NCBI GenBank assembly: GCA_965215885.1 | Contig: CBDCEW010000103.1 | Span: 1-64,000 of the forward strand | Direction of reading: 5' to 3' | Length of the DNA: 64,000 bases | From: Candidatus Moanibacter sp. | GTDB lineage: Bacteria; Verrucomicrobiota; Verrucomicrobiia; Opitutales; UBA2987 | Shown here: piece after piece, positions 1 to 8,516 of the stretch | Layout: each line of letters begins with the position of its first letter | How positions within the stretch are numbered: position 1 is the first letter of the stretch | Translations under genes and position numbers: made by a program | Notes under the pieces: generated by a model | What the model was told of the DNA's origin: nothing | What the model saw: only the letters and a program-made list of their open reading frames with translations | Database searches by the model: none

Positions 1-1
1 C

Positions 2-79
2 CCGGACTGGACTGCGGAAGCACCCTCAGCGCAAACGGATTGGCGCAAATTGGATTCCGTCTTTCCGAAAGATGAGTGA
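2..79 (+). CDS. qhpC: Quinohemoprotein amine dehydrogenase gamma subunit, C-terminal end (partial; not in the ORF track)
   Basis: Frame 2 reads PDWTAEAPSAQTDWRKLDSVFPKDE*, resembling the known QhpC C-terminus (..DWRNLGTVFPKD); overlaps the qhpB start at 72. Confidence 0.85.
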   Translation, partial: PDWTAEAPSAQTDWRKLDSVFPKDE

Positions 80-1170
80 CACAAAAAGGGCGGCGCGGTG
101 CTGGATGCTTGGCGCCGTTCTCTTGCACGGGTCGCTCACCGTCTCCACGGCCAAGGAGTACATTCTAACAGCAACTCTGCCAAATACCCTGGTTCTAATC
201 GATGCGGCCGCTAGGGAGGTCGTCAAGACCCTCCCGATACCGGGGAGGGGGGTCTCCTATAAGCGTGGTCCCATCGCCCGACGCTAAATCTGCCTATGTC
301 CTGACAAACGGTATGGGGAGTATCTCGGGAATCGATCTGGACTCGGGTGTGGAAGTCTTCCGCACTGATTTCAGCACCACAGAAAAGCGCATTAAGCAGA
401 TATTCGCGATGGAGATCAGCCCGGACGGAAGCGAGCTCTTCTCCATGCAACTACTCGCTTCTCTGGGGTTTAAACGAATACCAGGTACTGCCCCCGAGGA
501 TTGCGGTCTATCGCACCGACTCGGGTCTGAATGCGAAACCGGTTCGCTATCTGCCAGTACCTCGCCGAACAAGCCAGCTCTATATGTCGACAGACGGAAG
601 CCGCCTTTATGCCGTTTCATGGGACATTCACGTGATCGACCCGCAAACGGGAGAGGAACTGGAGGTGTTTAAGGTCACCAACTGGGACCGGCCAAATTTC
701 TCAACCCGGATGTGCTCGGGTTTTGGAATCAGTATTCACAAGCCCGGGTATTCGTGCAGCCCTACACGAATGTTCGAACAGATCTCGATCCGGATAACCC
801 GGATGCATTTGTAACAGGTATGATTACCCTCGATCTAAAGAGCGGTGAATTTCAGTATGCCGACTTCGAGACAAACGGTGTGGTCATGTTCTCCTCCGTC
901 GTCAATCCGGTCCGCCGTAACGAAGCCTACACCGTTTACAACACGTTAACTAAGAGCGATCTGGTCTCAAACAAAGTGCTGGATCGAGTCGCTCTGAAAC
1001 ATACCCATTATTCCGTGAATATCTCCGGCGACGGTAAGGAAATCTATGTGGGGGGAACCATGGATGACATCGGCATTTACTCCTCCGACTCCCTGGAGAG
1101 GATCGGCGAAATCAAAATCCCGGGCGGTTCAGATATGAGCCTCGCCTGGATCAGGATGATTCAGCGGTAA
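72..1170 (+). CDS. qhpB: Quinohemoprotein amine dehydrogenase beta subunit (beta-propeller), split by three frameshifts (~250, ~468, ~705)
   Basis: Signal peptide then KEYILTATLPNTLVLID, SPDAKSAYVLTN, AVSWDIHVID, HTHYSVNISGDGKEIYVGGT across ORFs 72/202/347/712; lies between qhpC and an ABC exporter. Confidence 0.85.
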
Positions 1171-1199
1171 TCCCAAAATAGGATTGCGCTGAAGAACTC

Positions 1200-1272
1200 C
1201 CACGTTCTGACGAACGCGGCTACAAAGCTCGGTAAGTCGTTGATATCTGTAGCCGCTTTCGTCAGAAAGTGG
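1200..1272. repeat. Inverted GTAG-REP pair flanking an IHF consensus site (RIP/BIME-1-like), copy A
   Basis: 25-bp arms 1200-1224 and 1248-1272 (2 mismatches); TAAGTCGTTGATA at 1233-1245 is the reverse complement of WATCAANNNNTTR. Confidence 0.8.
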
Positions 1273-1320
1273 CCGACACTTCCTCAAATGCGACTTTTCC
1301 CGCGGTATCAATATAATAGA

Positions 1321-3033
1321 ATGCACGTCCCGCCGGACAGAAGTCCGACAGATTCGCCTTACCGCTGGCTTTTTTCCTTTGTGCGACCCCATCGGGGTCG
1401 GCTGGCTTGCGTCCTTTTCCTCTCGTTGGCCAGCACGGGTTTGGCCCTTACGGTACCCTACTTTACGAAACTGCTCATCGATGACGGGCTCCTGAGAGGC
1501 CAGTATGAGACTGTCGTCAAGATCTGTTTTCTCCTCCTCGTTGCCGGCCTTTTCAGCTCTCTGCTGGGCGGCCTTAACCGTCTTCAATACGTCAAGGTAT
1601 CCGGTCACATTCTCTTCGATCTACGAGAATCCGTATATCGCCATCTCCAACGCCTCTCTCCTTCATTCCACGCCCGCATCCGAAGAGGCGATGTCCTCAC
1701 TCGCATTGATGGCGATGTTGCACAGATTCAGAGATTTGGGGTGGACACCGTTCTCGCGGCAATCAACGGAAGCATTGCGCTCGCCGGCACTCTAGCGCTA
1801 ATGATAACCCTGAGTTGGAAGCTTTCGCTTCTGGCATTTATCATGTTGCCCGCGCAGTTTCTGTTTCTGAAGGCGATTCGTCCAAGCGTTGAAACACAAA
1901 CACGGAATCTGCGTGAGCGAACCGTGGACCTGACCAGCTTTTTCATCGATCGCCTCTCATCGATGAAACTGATAAATGCCGTCGGTGCGGAGGCTCGTGA
2001 AGCCTCGCGGCTCGCCGGTTTAAATCGTCTTTTCCTGAGCGATCTCCTGAGACTGGAACGGACCCAGTATTTGGCGGCCGCACTACCTCGGTTTCTCTCC
2101 TCTCTTGCGATCGCCGGAGTATTTTTGATCGGTGGATATATGGCTGTTAAGGGCAGTTTGACCGTTGGTAGCTTGATCGCCTTTTCCATATATCTTACGC
2201 GGGCAACCGGTCCGGTGCAGACTCTTCTCGGTCTTTACGTCGCTTCCAGGAGAGCGCGAGTCAGCCTGGATCGTGTTTTGGAATTGATGGTCGAAGCCCC
2301 CGCGGTGAGCGATCCTCAGGATCCCGTCGATCTTCCGGCGGACGCATCCGGACACATCGAGATCGAGAACGTCTCTTACCAATATGCGCCTGAAGAGACA
2401 CAGGTGCTGGTCGATGCAAGCGCAGTCATCCCCGGTGGAAGTAAGGTGGGCGTAATGGGGCCTTCCGGAATAGGGAAGACGACCCTTATCGACCTCCTGC
2501 ATCGTTACTACGACCCCTCGCAAGGACGCATACGGCTCGATGGAACGAATATTCGTGAGTTTCGGCTCCGAGATCTGAGGCGTCATATCGCGGTAGTCGC
2601 CCAGGACACGATCATGATACCGGGAACAATTGCCGATAATATTCGTTACGCAGTCCCCACCGCTAAAGATTCAGATATTGTCGAAGCCGCAACTTCCGCT
2701 CAGATCGCCCATTTCATTGAACTTCTTCCGAACGGCTATGAGACGGAAATCGGACAGCGAGGGGACAACCTTTCAGGCGGACAACGCCAGCGAATTGCAA
2801 TCGCCCGGGCCCTGCTCCAGCAGCCACTCGTGCTCATTCTCGATGAAGCCACCTCTGAAATCGACACGGAAGCTGAAGCGCGGATCGTGGAAGAAATCGA
2901 CCGTTTATTCGCCGACCGCACTCGCATTATCATTTCTCATCGGAAGGAAACTCTCCACGGCGCGGACCTCTTACTGGAAATCGCGAACGGCAGATTGAAC
3001 GCCGTTGGCGCGGTGGCGAAAGGCGCGGTGTGA
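1321..3033 (+). CDS. qhpF: ABC transporter permease/ATPase, QhpF-like exporter
   Basis: TM domain, Walker A GPSGIGKT, LSGGQ, ILDEATS; qhp context; ATG 1321 preferred because the track start (1240) lies inside a REP element. Confidence 0.8.
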   Translation: MHVPPDRSPTDSPYRWLFSFVRPHRGRLACVLFLSLASTGLALTVPYFTKLLIDDGLLRGQYETVVKICFLLLVAGLFSSLLGGLNRLQYVKVSGHILFDLRESVYRHLQRLSPSFHARIRRGDVLTRIDGDVAQIQRFGVDTVLAAINGSIALAGTLALMITLSWKLSLLAFIMLPAQFLFLKAIRPSVETQTRNLRERTVDLTSFFIDRLSSMKLINAVGAEAREASRLAGLNRLFLSDLLRLERTQYLAAALPRFLSSLAIAGVFLIGGYMAVKGSLTVGSLIAFSIYLTRATGPVQTLLGLYVASRRARVSLDRVLELMVEAPAVSDPQDPVDLPADASGHIEIENVSYQYAPEETQVLVDASAVIPGGSKVGVMGPSGIGKTTLIDLLHRYYDPSQGRIRLDGTNIREFRLRDLRRHIAVVAQDTIMIPGTIADNIRYAVPTAKDSDIVEAATSAQIAHFIELLPNGYETEIGQRGDNLSGGQRQRIAIARALLQQPLVLILDEATSEIDTEAEARIVEEIDRLFADRTRIIISHRKETLHGADLLLEIANGRLNAVGAVAKGAV

Positions 3034-4573
3034 CACCTGTATCCTATTCCATACTAGACCTTATCCGAAAAGCTACTGATTGGCCGCAAAGAGGCGCAAA
3101 AGGCGCAAGAAAAACTTGAGAAAAATCATTTTGTGGCTTGATAAAAAGTGTCGCAACATGCTAGTGTTTAACAACCTAAGATTAAGAAAGGAGTTAAACA
3201 TGCCAACATGTGCGACAGAGGAGAACAAAAGCGATAAGACGCCCCTTAGCAACCTCATTCTGCCGGTTCCAGACACGGATTTCCGTGATTTTCTGGATGA
3301 AGTTGAAGAATTGGCCGGGTTCGCGCCGCAAATCATCGAGGCGATCGAGAAGGATCTGGACGCCCATGCGCGTGAGAAGAAGAAACTTCGATTGGAAGAT
3401 CGCAGGTTCTTTGAAGGGCGCACAGCGGAGCTGCCGGAGCTGGACATCGAGGAGGAGAATATTCTGGCTGCTGAATTGAATCTTGGGGCAGGCCGGCCGC
3501 GGATGCCGGCTTATGCGGTATACGTGTTCGTGATGATTCGAGGGTTTCTGGGTTCGTTGACCACGAAACCGGCACGGCGGTTTGTGCGCGAGTCGATGAG
3601 CTTGTACGGATTTTTGCAGAGCGGGGGACTGAGAATGCCGGCGGTGACGACGATTCTGGAGAACGTGAACCTGGTCAGCCATACGACCCGCGAGTTGATC
3701 TTTGACGCCGGGAGCTTCTGGAGCGGGCATGGAGCCAGATCAGGGGTGATATTGCCGACGCCAAGCGGGTTGTTGAGTATGCTCATGATCGGGTGTTTCA
3801 CGAAAAGAAGCTACCGTCCACACAGAAGGTCCTGAGCCTCTCGGACGGAGTAGGGCTGTTGGACAGCCACCTGTCGCACGAGCTGGCACCACGAGTGACA
3901 GAGGCTCGGAGTTTTGATTCGGACGGCACGGTTGTTGTTAAGAGGAATACTTCAAGCGAAGACTGCTCAGGCCACGGTAGCACCCTCGCCCGGGTCATTC
4001 TCGAACACGCTCCCCGAGCAAAGATAGCCCGTGGCCCACGCCCAAGTGTTCTCTTCGAGCGGTATGACAACCGCAGCAGCAGCAGCGGCGGGCCTCAACT
4101 GGGTGGTGAAACGCGGAGTTAGATTGGTGAATATGAGTTTTGGCCTGCGGCAGGACCGCGATGTTCTCCGCAAAGCCTGCCGCCATGCTCTCGAATCAGA
4201 GGTGATCCTCCTGGGTTCGACTCCCGCCCGCGGTCAGCCCGTGTTCCCATCGTCCTATCCCGGGGTAATACGGATTACCGGAGATGCCCGCTGTGCTCCG
4301 TCCGAGATTTCAGATCTGGGCAGGTTGCAGGCAGATTTCGGTGCCTGCTGTCGAGCGCAAGGATCTCCCATTGCCGGAGCCAGTCTGGCAAGCGCCCACG
4401 CCAGTGGAATTCTCGCGAGATTTCTGGCCCGGAGTCCCTCCTCAACAACAGATGATGCGTGTGCTTACTTGCGAGAGTATGCAGCCTACCACGGTTCTGA
4501 ACGAAAATTATTTGCCTCAGACGTGTGCCTTCCACCTAATCAGCTTCGAGAAGATTCCTCCTCATCGGTTTAG
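3030..4573 (+). pseudogene. qhpE: Subtilisin-like S8 protease QhpE, interrupted by an IS fragment and with a frameshift near 4030
   Basis: GTG 3030 overlaps the qhpF stop (GTGA); MTPVSYSIL joins GVGLLDS; triad motifs LLDS, GHGS, GASLAS; VNMSFG. Confidence 0.75.
3058..3849 (+). mobile_element. Truncated, internally deleted copy of the IS5-like element at 53715-57552
   Basis: Left end ACCTTATCCGAAAAGC after CTAG; near-identical to the full copies; ~385-bp internal deletion near 3705; homology stops at ~3849. Confidence 0.9.
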
Positions 4574-4587
4574 GAGGTGGTCGGAAT

Positions 4588-4769
4588 CTAGTCCGAATAT
4601 TTCGCAAACCTTCTACTACGACGGCGGATCTCGCTCCATCTCAAAGCCTTCCCTTGCCCGACGACCTCAGAGGGTTCCAACACGCTGTCGCCCGCCGTGC
4701 TTCTGAAAGGCTATGATATGCAGCGATCTACGCAGTCTCGCTACGAAGTGTGTGAAATAACGGGGCTAG
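4588..4769 (+). repeat. MITE family 2 (~180 bp), copy 1
   Basis: CTAG at both ends; imperfect TIRs; homologous to 6544-6732 and 19440-19621. Confidence 0.85.
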
Positions 4770-4902
4770 GTCCGGGAAACTACTTGGGCACAACTGCAAA
4801 TGGCTGTTGTCATTTCTGAAATACGATACATCCTTTCTAGCAGCCTTCCGGACTTATTCGAACTCTATTCGATCCCGACTTGCCGGGACTAGAGAAAAGA
4901 AA

Positions 4903-5859
4903 ATGAGATTAATAATAAAAGAGGACATTCGCGATACCATGCGAGAGGCCACCCTTTTAGCCGGTTGGCCCGGAATGGGGCAGGTAGGACTGGGTGCAAT
5001 TCACTATCTCCGCACCCATTTAGATGCACTCCCTTTTGCCGAAGTGGATTCGAGCGAGTATTTTACACCGGAAGAGGTTGTCGTCGACGATGGTCTCGTA
5101 AAGTTTCCCGATATGCCCTCGAACACCTTTTACTACTGCCGCAATCCCGATATCGTCATTTTCGAAAGTGAAGCGCAGATTCAGGGGACCGGGGGTATTA
5201 ACATGATGAACAAGATTCTGGACCTCGCCGAGCAGCTCAACATCAGGACTTTCTTTACCGGAGCAGCCTTCGCCATGCCGATCAGCCATAAAGAATCGGT
5301 GAGAGTATTTGGTGTCGCCAATCAAAAGAGCTTGAGGGATTCTCTGATTCCCCATGGAGTCGAAATCATGGATAAAGGTCAAATTTCGGGGCTTAACGGT
5401 CTCCTTCTCGGCTTCGCGGGACTCCGGGATATTCAAGCCGCTTGCCTCCTGGCCACTATGCCGCATTACGCCATGCAGATGCACAATCCCAAAGCCTCCA
5501 GGGAGATTGTGCAAGTCCTCCGAAAGCTCCTCAGAATCGATGTTGACATGCGCGAAATCGATCGGACGGCTCACCAGATGGATGAGTCAATGGCAAAGAT
5601 TGAGGATCAGATGCAGAACATTTTCTCCAATCAGATGCAGAACATTTTCTCCAAACAGAAAGCGGCGGAAGACGAAGAGGGTTGGAAAAAAGTCGAGGAC
5701 GACAGAGTGCCCGAGTATGTCATGCAAAGAATTGATAGACTATTTCGCGCCGTCCAGTCCGATCGCTCCACTGATAAGGCCGCCGAATTAAAGAAGGAAC
5801 TCGATCGCTGGAATCTCTACAATCTCTACGAGGATCGCTTTCTGGAACTGTTTCGCTAG
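4903..5859 (+). CDS. PAC2 family (proteasome assembly chaperone-like) protein
   Basis: LLAGWPGMGQVG, GQISGLNGLLLG, AACLLATMPHY, NPKAS motifs. Confidence 0.8.
   Translation: MRLIIKEDIRDTMREATLLAGWPGMGQVGLGAIHYLRTHLDALPFAEVDSSEYFTPEEVVVDDGLVKFPDMPSNTFYYCRNPDIVIFESEAQIQGTGGINMMNKILDLAEQLNIRTFFTGAAFAMPISHKESVRVFGVANQKSLRDSLIPHGVEIMDKGQISGLNGLLLGFAGLRDIQAACLLATMPHYAMQMHNPKASREIVQVLRKLLRIDVDMREIDRTAHQMDESMAKIEDQMQNIFSNQMQNIFSKQKAAEDEEGWKKVEDDRVPEYVMQRIDRLFRAVQSDRSTDKAAELKKELDRWNLYNLYEDRFLELFR
5607..5654 (+). repeat. Perfect in-frame 24-bp tandem duplication
   Basis: TCAGATGCAGAACATTTTCTCCAA x2. Confidence 0.95.
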
Positions 5860-6031
5860 GAACCCATTTCGTAAATAACGTTTACCACGGAACTATCCCT
5901 CCACTCTCAAACCCCGAGAACCGGTTCTTTTGAGCGGGATTCCCATCGATCGTTCTTAGAGGTGTTTCCCTATTCTATTATTTTTTACATTTTTTTTAAG
6001 AAAATTTCATAAGTTATTGACTATCTTAAAC

Positions 6032-6060
6032 TTGACAAATTGGAGAATGCGCCATACTTT
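6032..6060 (+). promoter_or_regulatory. Putative sigma70 promoter of the pilin-like gene
   Basis: TTGACA-N17-TACTTT in an AT-rich region upstream of ATG 6074. Confidence 0.4.
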
Positions 6061-6073
6061 ATGGCAAGATAAA

Positions 6074-6547
6074 ATGAAACTACTCCAAAGCAACTACTCG
6101 AAAAAGCGATTAGGGAACTATTCTTTTCTCCGTAAGACAAATGGGTTCTCACTGGTTGAGTTCATGATTGGTTCCGGAGTGATGACTCTGGTTCTGGCGG
6201 GATGCTTCAGTGGAATTGGGCAGGCGCTTCTCATGAGCGAGAATGTAAAAAGCGGCAATTTTGCTTCGCAGGTCCTCCAGAGCGAGATGGATGAAATTCA
6301 CACCATGCAATGGACGGAGGTGGATCAACTTCCGAGCAGCGGTAGCTTTGATCCGAAAGCGTATTTCTCCATCGTCCCTCTCCGCGACTATAACTGCCAG
6401 CGAGCGGTAACAAATCTCGGGAGCTTCCAGAAGGAGATCCGGCTGACTGTCTCATGGAAGGATCTCAAGGGCTTGAGTCACGACCGCGAATACGTGACCT
6501 ACTACACCAAAGACGGCCTCTACGACTACACCTACCGGGCGCTCTAG
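6074..6547 (+). CDS. Prepilin-type N-terminal cleavage/methylation protein (minor pilin or pseudopilin)
   Basis: Basic leader then G|FSLVE and a hydrophobic helix. Confidence 0.8.
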   Translation: MKLLQSNYSKKRLGNYSFLRKTNGFSLVEFMIGSGVMTLVLAGCFSGIGQALLMSENVKSGNFASQVLQSEMDEIHTMQWTEVDQLPSSGSFDPKAYFSIVPLRDYNCQRAVTNLGSFQKEIRLTVSWKDLKGLSHDREYVTYYTKDGLYDYTYRAL

Positions 6548-6732
6548 CCCGAACATTTCACAAATCTTCTGCTACGACCGCGGATGTCACTGCGTCTCAA
6601 AGCCTTCCCTTGCCCGGCGACCTCAGAGGGTTCCGACACGCTGTCGCCCGCCGTGCTGCGGATAGTCACTGATACGCAGTCCCGGCGTGCCGGGACAGTC
6701 TCGCTACGAAGTGCGTGAAATTTCCGGGCTAG
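6544..6732 (+). repeat. MITE family 2, copy 2; left CTAG contains the pilin stop codon
   Basis: CTAGCCCGAACATTTCAC...GTGAAATTTCCGGGCTAG. Confidence 0.85.
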
Positions 6733-6782
6733 GGAGAAAGTTACCTCTGATGCCCCTCCATCAAGGAAGGTGAAGAGTGTGC

Positions 6783-7181
6783 TTAAACTCCCTTTCCTGC
6801 CGGAATTCTCTGAGAATTTCCAGCGTATTGATCTACAAATCCCAGCAGCACGCTTCGCGAGACAGGCAAGGTGAAGTTACAGCTTGCCCCAAGGCGAAGT
6901 GCCGCTTTCAAACAGATCCTCCCCACATTAGAAAGTACGTTGGAGTAGACAATGATCTTTGTGGCCGGAAATGCCTTTCGAAGCTCGACGATCAGTTCGA
7001 TGCCGTCTTTCTGAGGCATGAATATATTAGCAATAATCAGATTGATTGGCTTTTTTCCAAGCAGTTCGAGGGCCTCGTCTCCATTACTTGCTGTCGAGAC
7101 ATATTGTCCTTCATGCTCGAGAACGTCACACAGGGCCAGTCTTATGTCGCGATCATTCTCAACCAATAAGATCCTTGCCAT
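6783..7181 (-). CDS. Single-domain CheY-like receiver, atypical (Asp->Asn)
   Basis: RILLVEND...LIIANIFMPQKDG; conserved Lys absent. Confidence 0.8.
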   Translation of the reverse strand: MARILLVENDRDIRLALCDVLEHEGQYVSTASNGDEALELLGKKPINLIIANIFMPQKDGIELIVELRKAFPATKIIVYSNVLSNVGRICLKAALRLGASCNFTLPVSRSVLLGFVDQYAGNSQRIPAGKGV

Positions 7182-7200
7182 TTAAGCCCTTCCGCGAGAA

Positions 7201-7587
7201 TCAGACAGTAGCAACGGCTTTTTCGCTCAGCAACTCGTTGACTGCTCTCAACAGTTGCAGGTTCGTAAACGTCTTGGAAATTACCCCCTCAGCCCCAAGT
7301 TCCAGCGCTGTCTTAGTAACATCGCTATAACCTGCGTATCGTTCCTCGGTTAGCGCGAGAATCACTACTTCTCCAAACTCGAAGCGGAGCGCCCGAATCA
7401 GCTCCAAGCCGCCGAATTCCGGCAGAAATATCTCCGCTATAACTAAATCCGGCCGGAAGTTCCGATAACTGCTCATCGCCTCTGAGAAATCGGCAGCCAG
7501 CCACATTTCGTGCCGATCTCGCTGAAGGATCGCACCGATCACAGTCCGCACTTCGAGGGACTGATCAACTAGCAATATCCTGGCCAT
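7201..7587 (-). CDS. Single-domain CheY-like receiver, atypical (Asp->Glu)
   Basis: RILLVDQ...PDLVIAEIFLP. Confidence 0.8.
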   Translation of the reverse strand: MARILLVDQSLEVRTVIGAILQRDRHEMWLAADFSEAMSSYRNFRPDLVIAEIFLPEFGGLELIRALRFEFGEVVILALTEERYAGYSDVTKTALELGAEGVISKTFTNLQLLRAVNELLSEKAVATV

Positions 7588-7820
7588 CGCGAATCCTGAA
7601 TGGTAACTCCAACATGAGTCTAAGAAAAGATCTCCGGGGCATTATATCCGAAGTGGGCGAGCGATAGTCAGAGCCGATACAGCGGTATTTCGGCCTTACC
7701 CGATCAGGGCCGAATGGCCTTAATCTTGCCAATTTCGAAATTCGAAGCCGCCTTCATATTCAGTTCACATCAGGTTTCGGAGAAAAGGTATCACACCCGT
7801 ATACCCGATGCAGCCAGGAA

Positions 7821-7845
7821 CCTGTCGGACTTCGGGTCCGACAGG
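7821..7845. repeat. Hairpin built from MITE family 1 terminal repeats, just after the regulator stop (terminator-like)
   Basis: CCTGTCGGAC-TTCGG-GTCCGACAGG. Confidence 0.65.
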
Positions 7846-7856
7846 GCCATTTAGCG

Positions 7857-8516
7857 CTATTTCAGCACAAAACGCCCATAAAAGGCGGCCGCTTCAGCCC
7901 GGCGACTCATATTGAGTTTATCGAGGACATTGCTGAAATAATTCTTTACCGTCTTGTCGCTCAGTTTCAACTCGCGAGCGATTTCCTTATTGGTTTTGCC
8001 TTCAGCCACCAAAGCGAGGACGCGCTTTTCCTGTTTTGAGAGCGTCGCGAAACGCTTTTCCGGGTTGTCGAAATGATCTCTTCTGAATCTTCTAATCACA
8101 CGGTGTGTTACAATTGGATCCAGAATGGACTTTCCCGAAGCGACATCCTCAATTGCTCTGACCAATTCAGAAGTCTTTATCTCCTTCAGAAGATATCCAT
8201 TTACTCCACTATTGATCGCCTCAAACACCACGTCGTCGTCAACAAATGAAGACAATACAAGCACTTTAATCGCATCATTCGAATCTTTGATTCTGCGGCA
8301 GGCTTCGAATCCGTCTCCATCGGGTAATCGAATATCCAGAAGCACCACATCAGGTTTAAGTCGCAAAGACTCATGAACGGCTTCTTCGACCGTTCCCGCC
8401 TCCCCCAAAATAGAAAGATTGGGATGATTCGAAAGCAAGGAGCGCAACCCTACCCGGACAAATTCATGATCATCCACTAATACCAGCGTGATCGCTTTAT
8501 CCTGTTTAACTTCCAT
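7857..8516 (-). CDS. NarL/LuxR-family response regulator, DevR/DosR-like
   Basis: LVDDHEFVR, LLDIRLPDG, HTH GKTNKEIA..LSDKTVKNY. Confidence 0.9.
   Translation of the reverse strand: MEVKQDKAITLVLVDDHEFVRVGLRSLLSNHPNLSILGEAGTVEEAVHESLRLKPDVVLLDIRLPDGDGFEACRRIKDSNDAIKVLVLSSFVDDDVVFEAINSGVNGYLLKEIKTSELVRAIEDVASGKSILDPIVTHRVIRRFRRDHFDNPEKRFATLSKQEKRVLALVAEGKTNKEIARELKLSDKTVKNYFSNVLDKLNMSRRAEAAAFYGRFVLK

Noticed and set aside
241..252. Phase variation at the G-rich tract in qhpB
   Set aside because: The tract is short and the gene has two other frameshifts; sequencing error is more parsimonious
3080..3199. Basic N-terminal extension (MAAKRRKRRKK...) of the transposase, also in both full copies
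   Set aside because: It lies in the IS end/promoter region; a strong SD (AAGGAG) precedes the downstream ATG (MPTCATEE)
4284..4706. ORFs 4284-4706, 6454-6672 and 19305-19649 sharing peptide similarity
   Set aside because: The similarity comes from translating MITE family 2, not from a protein family
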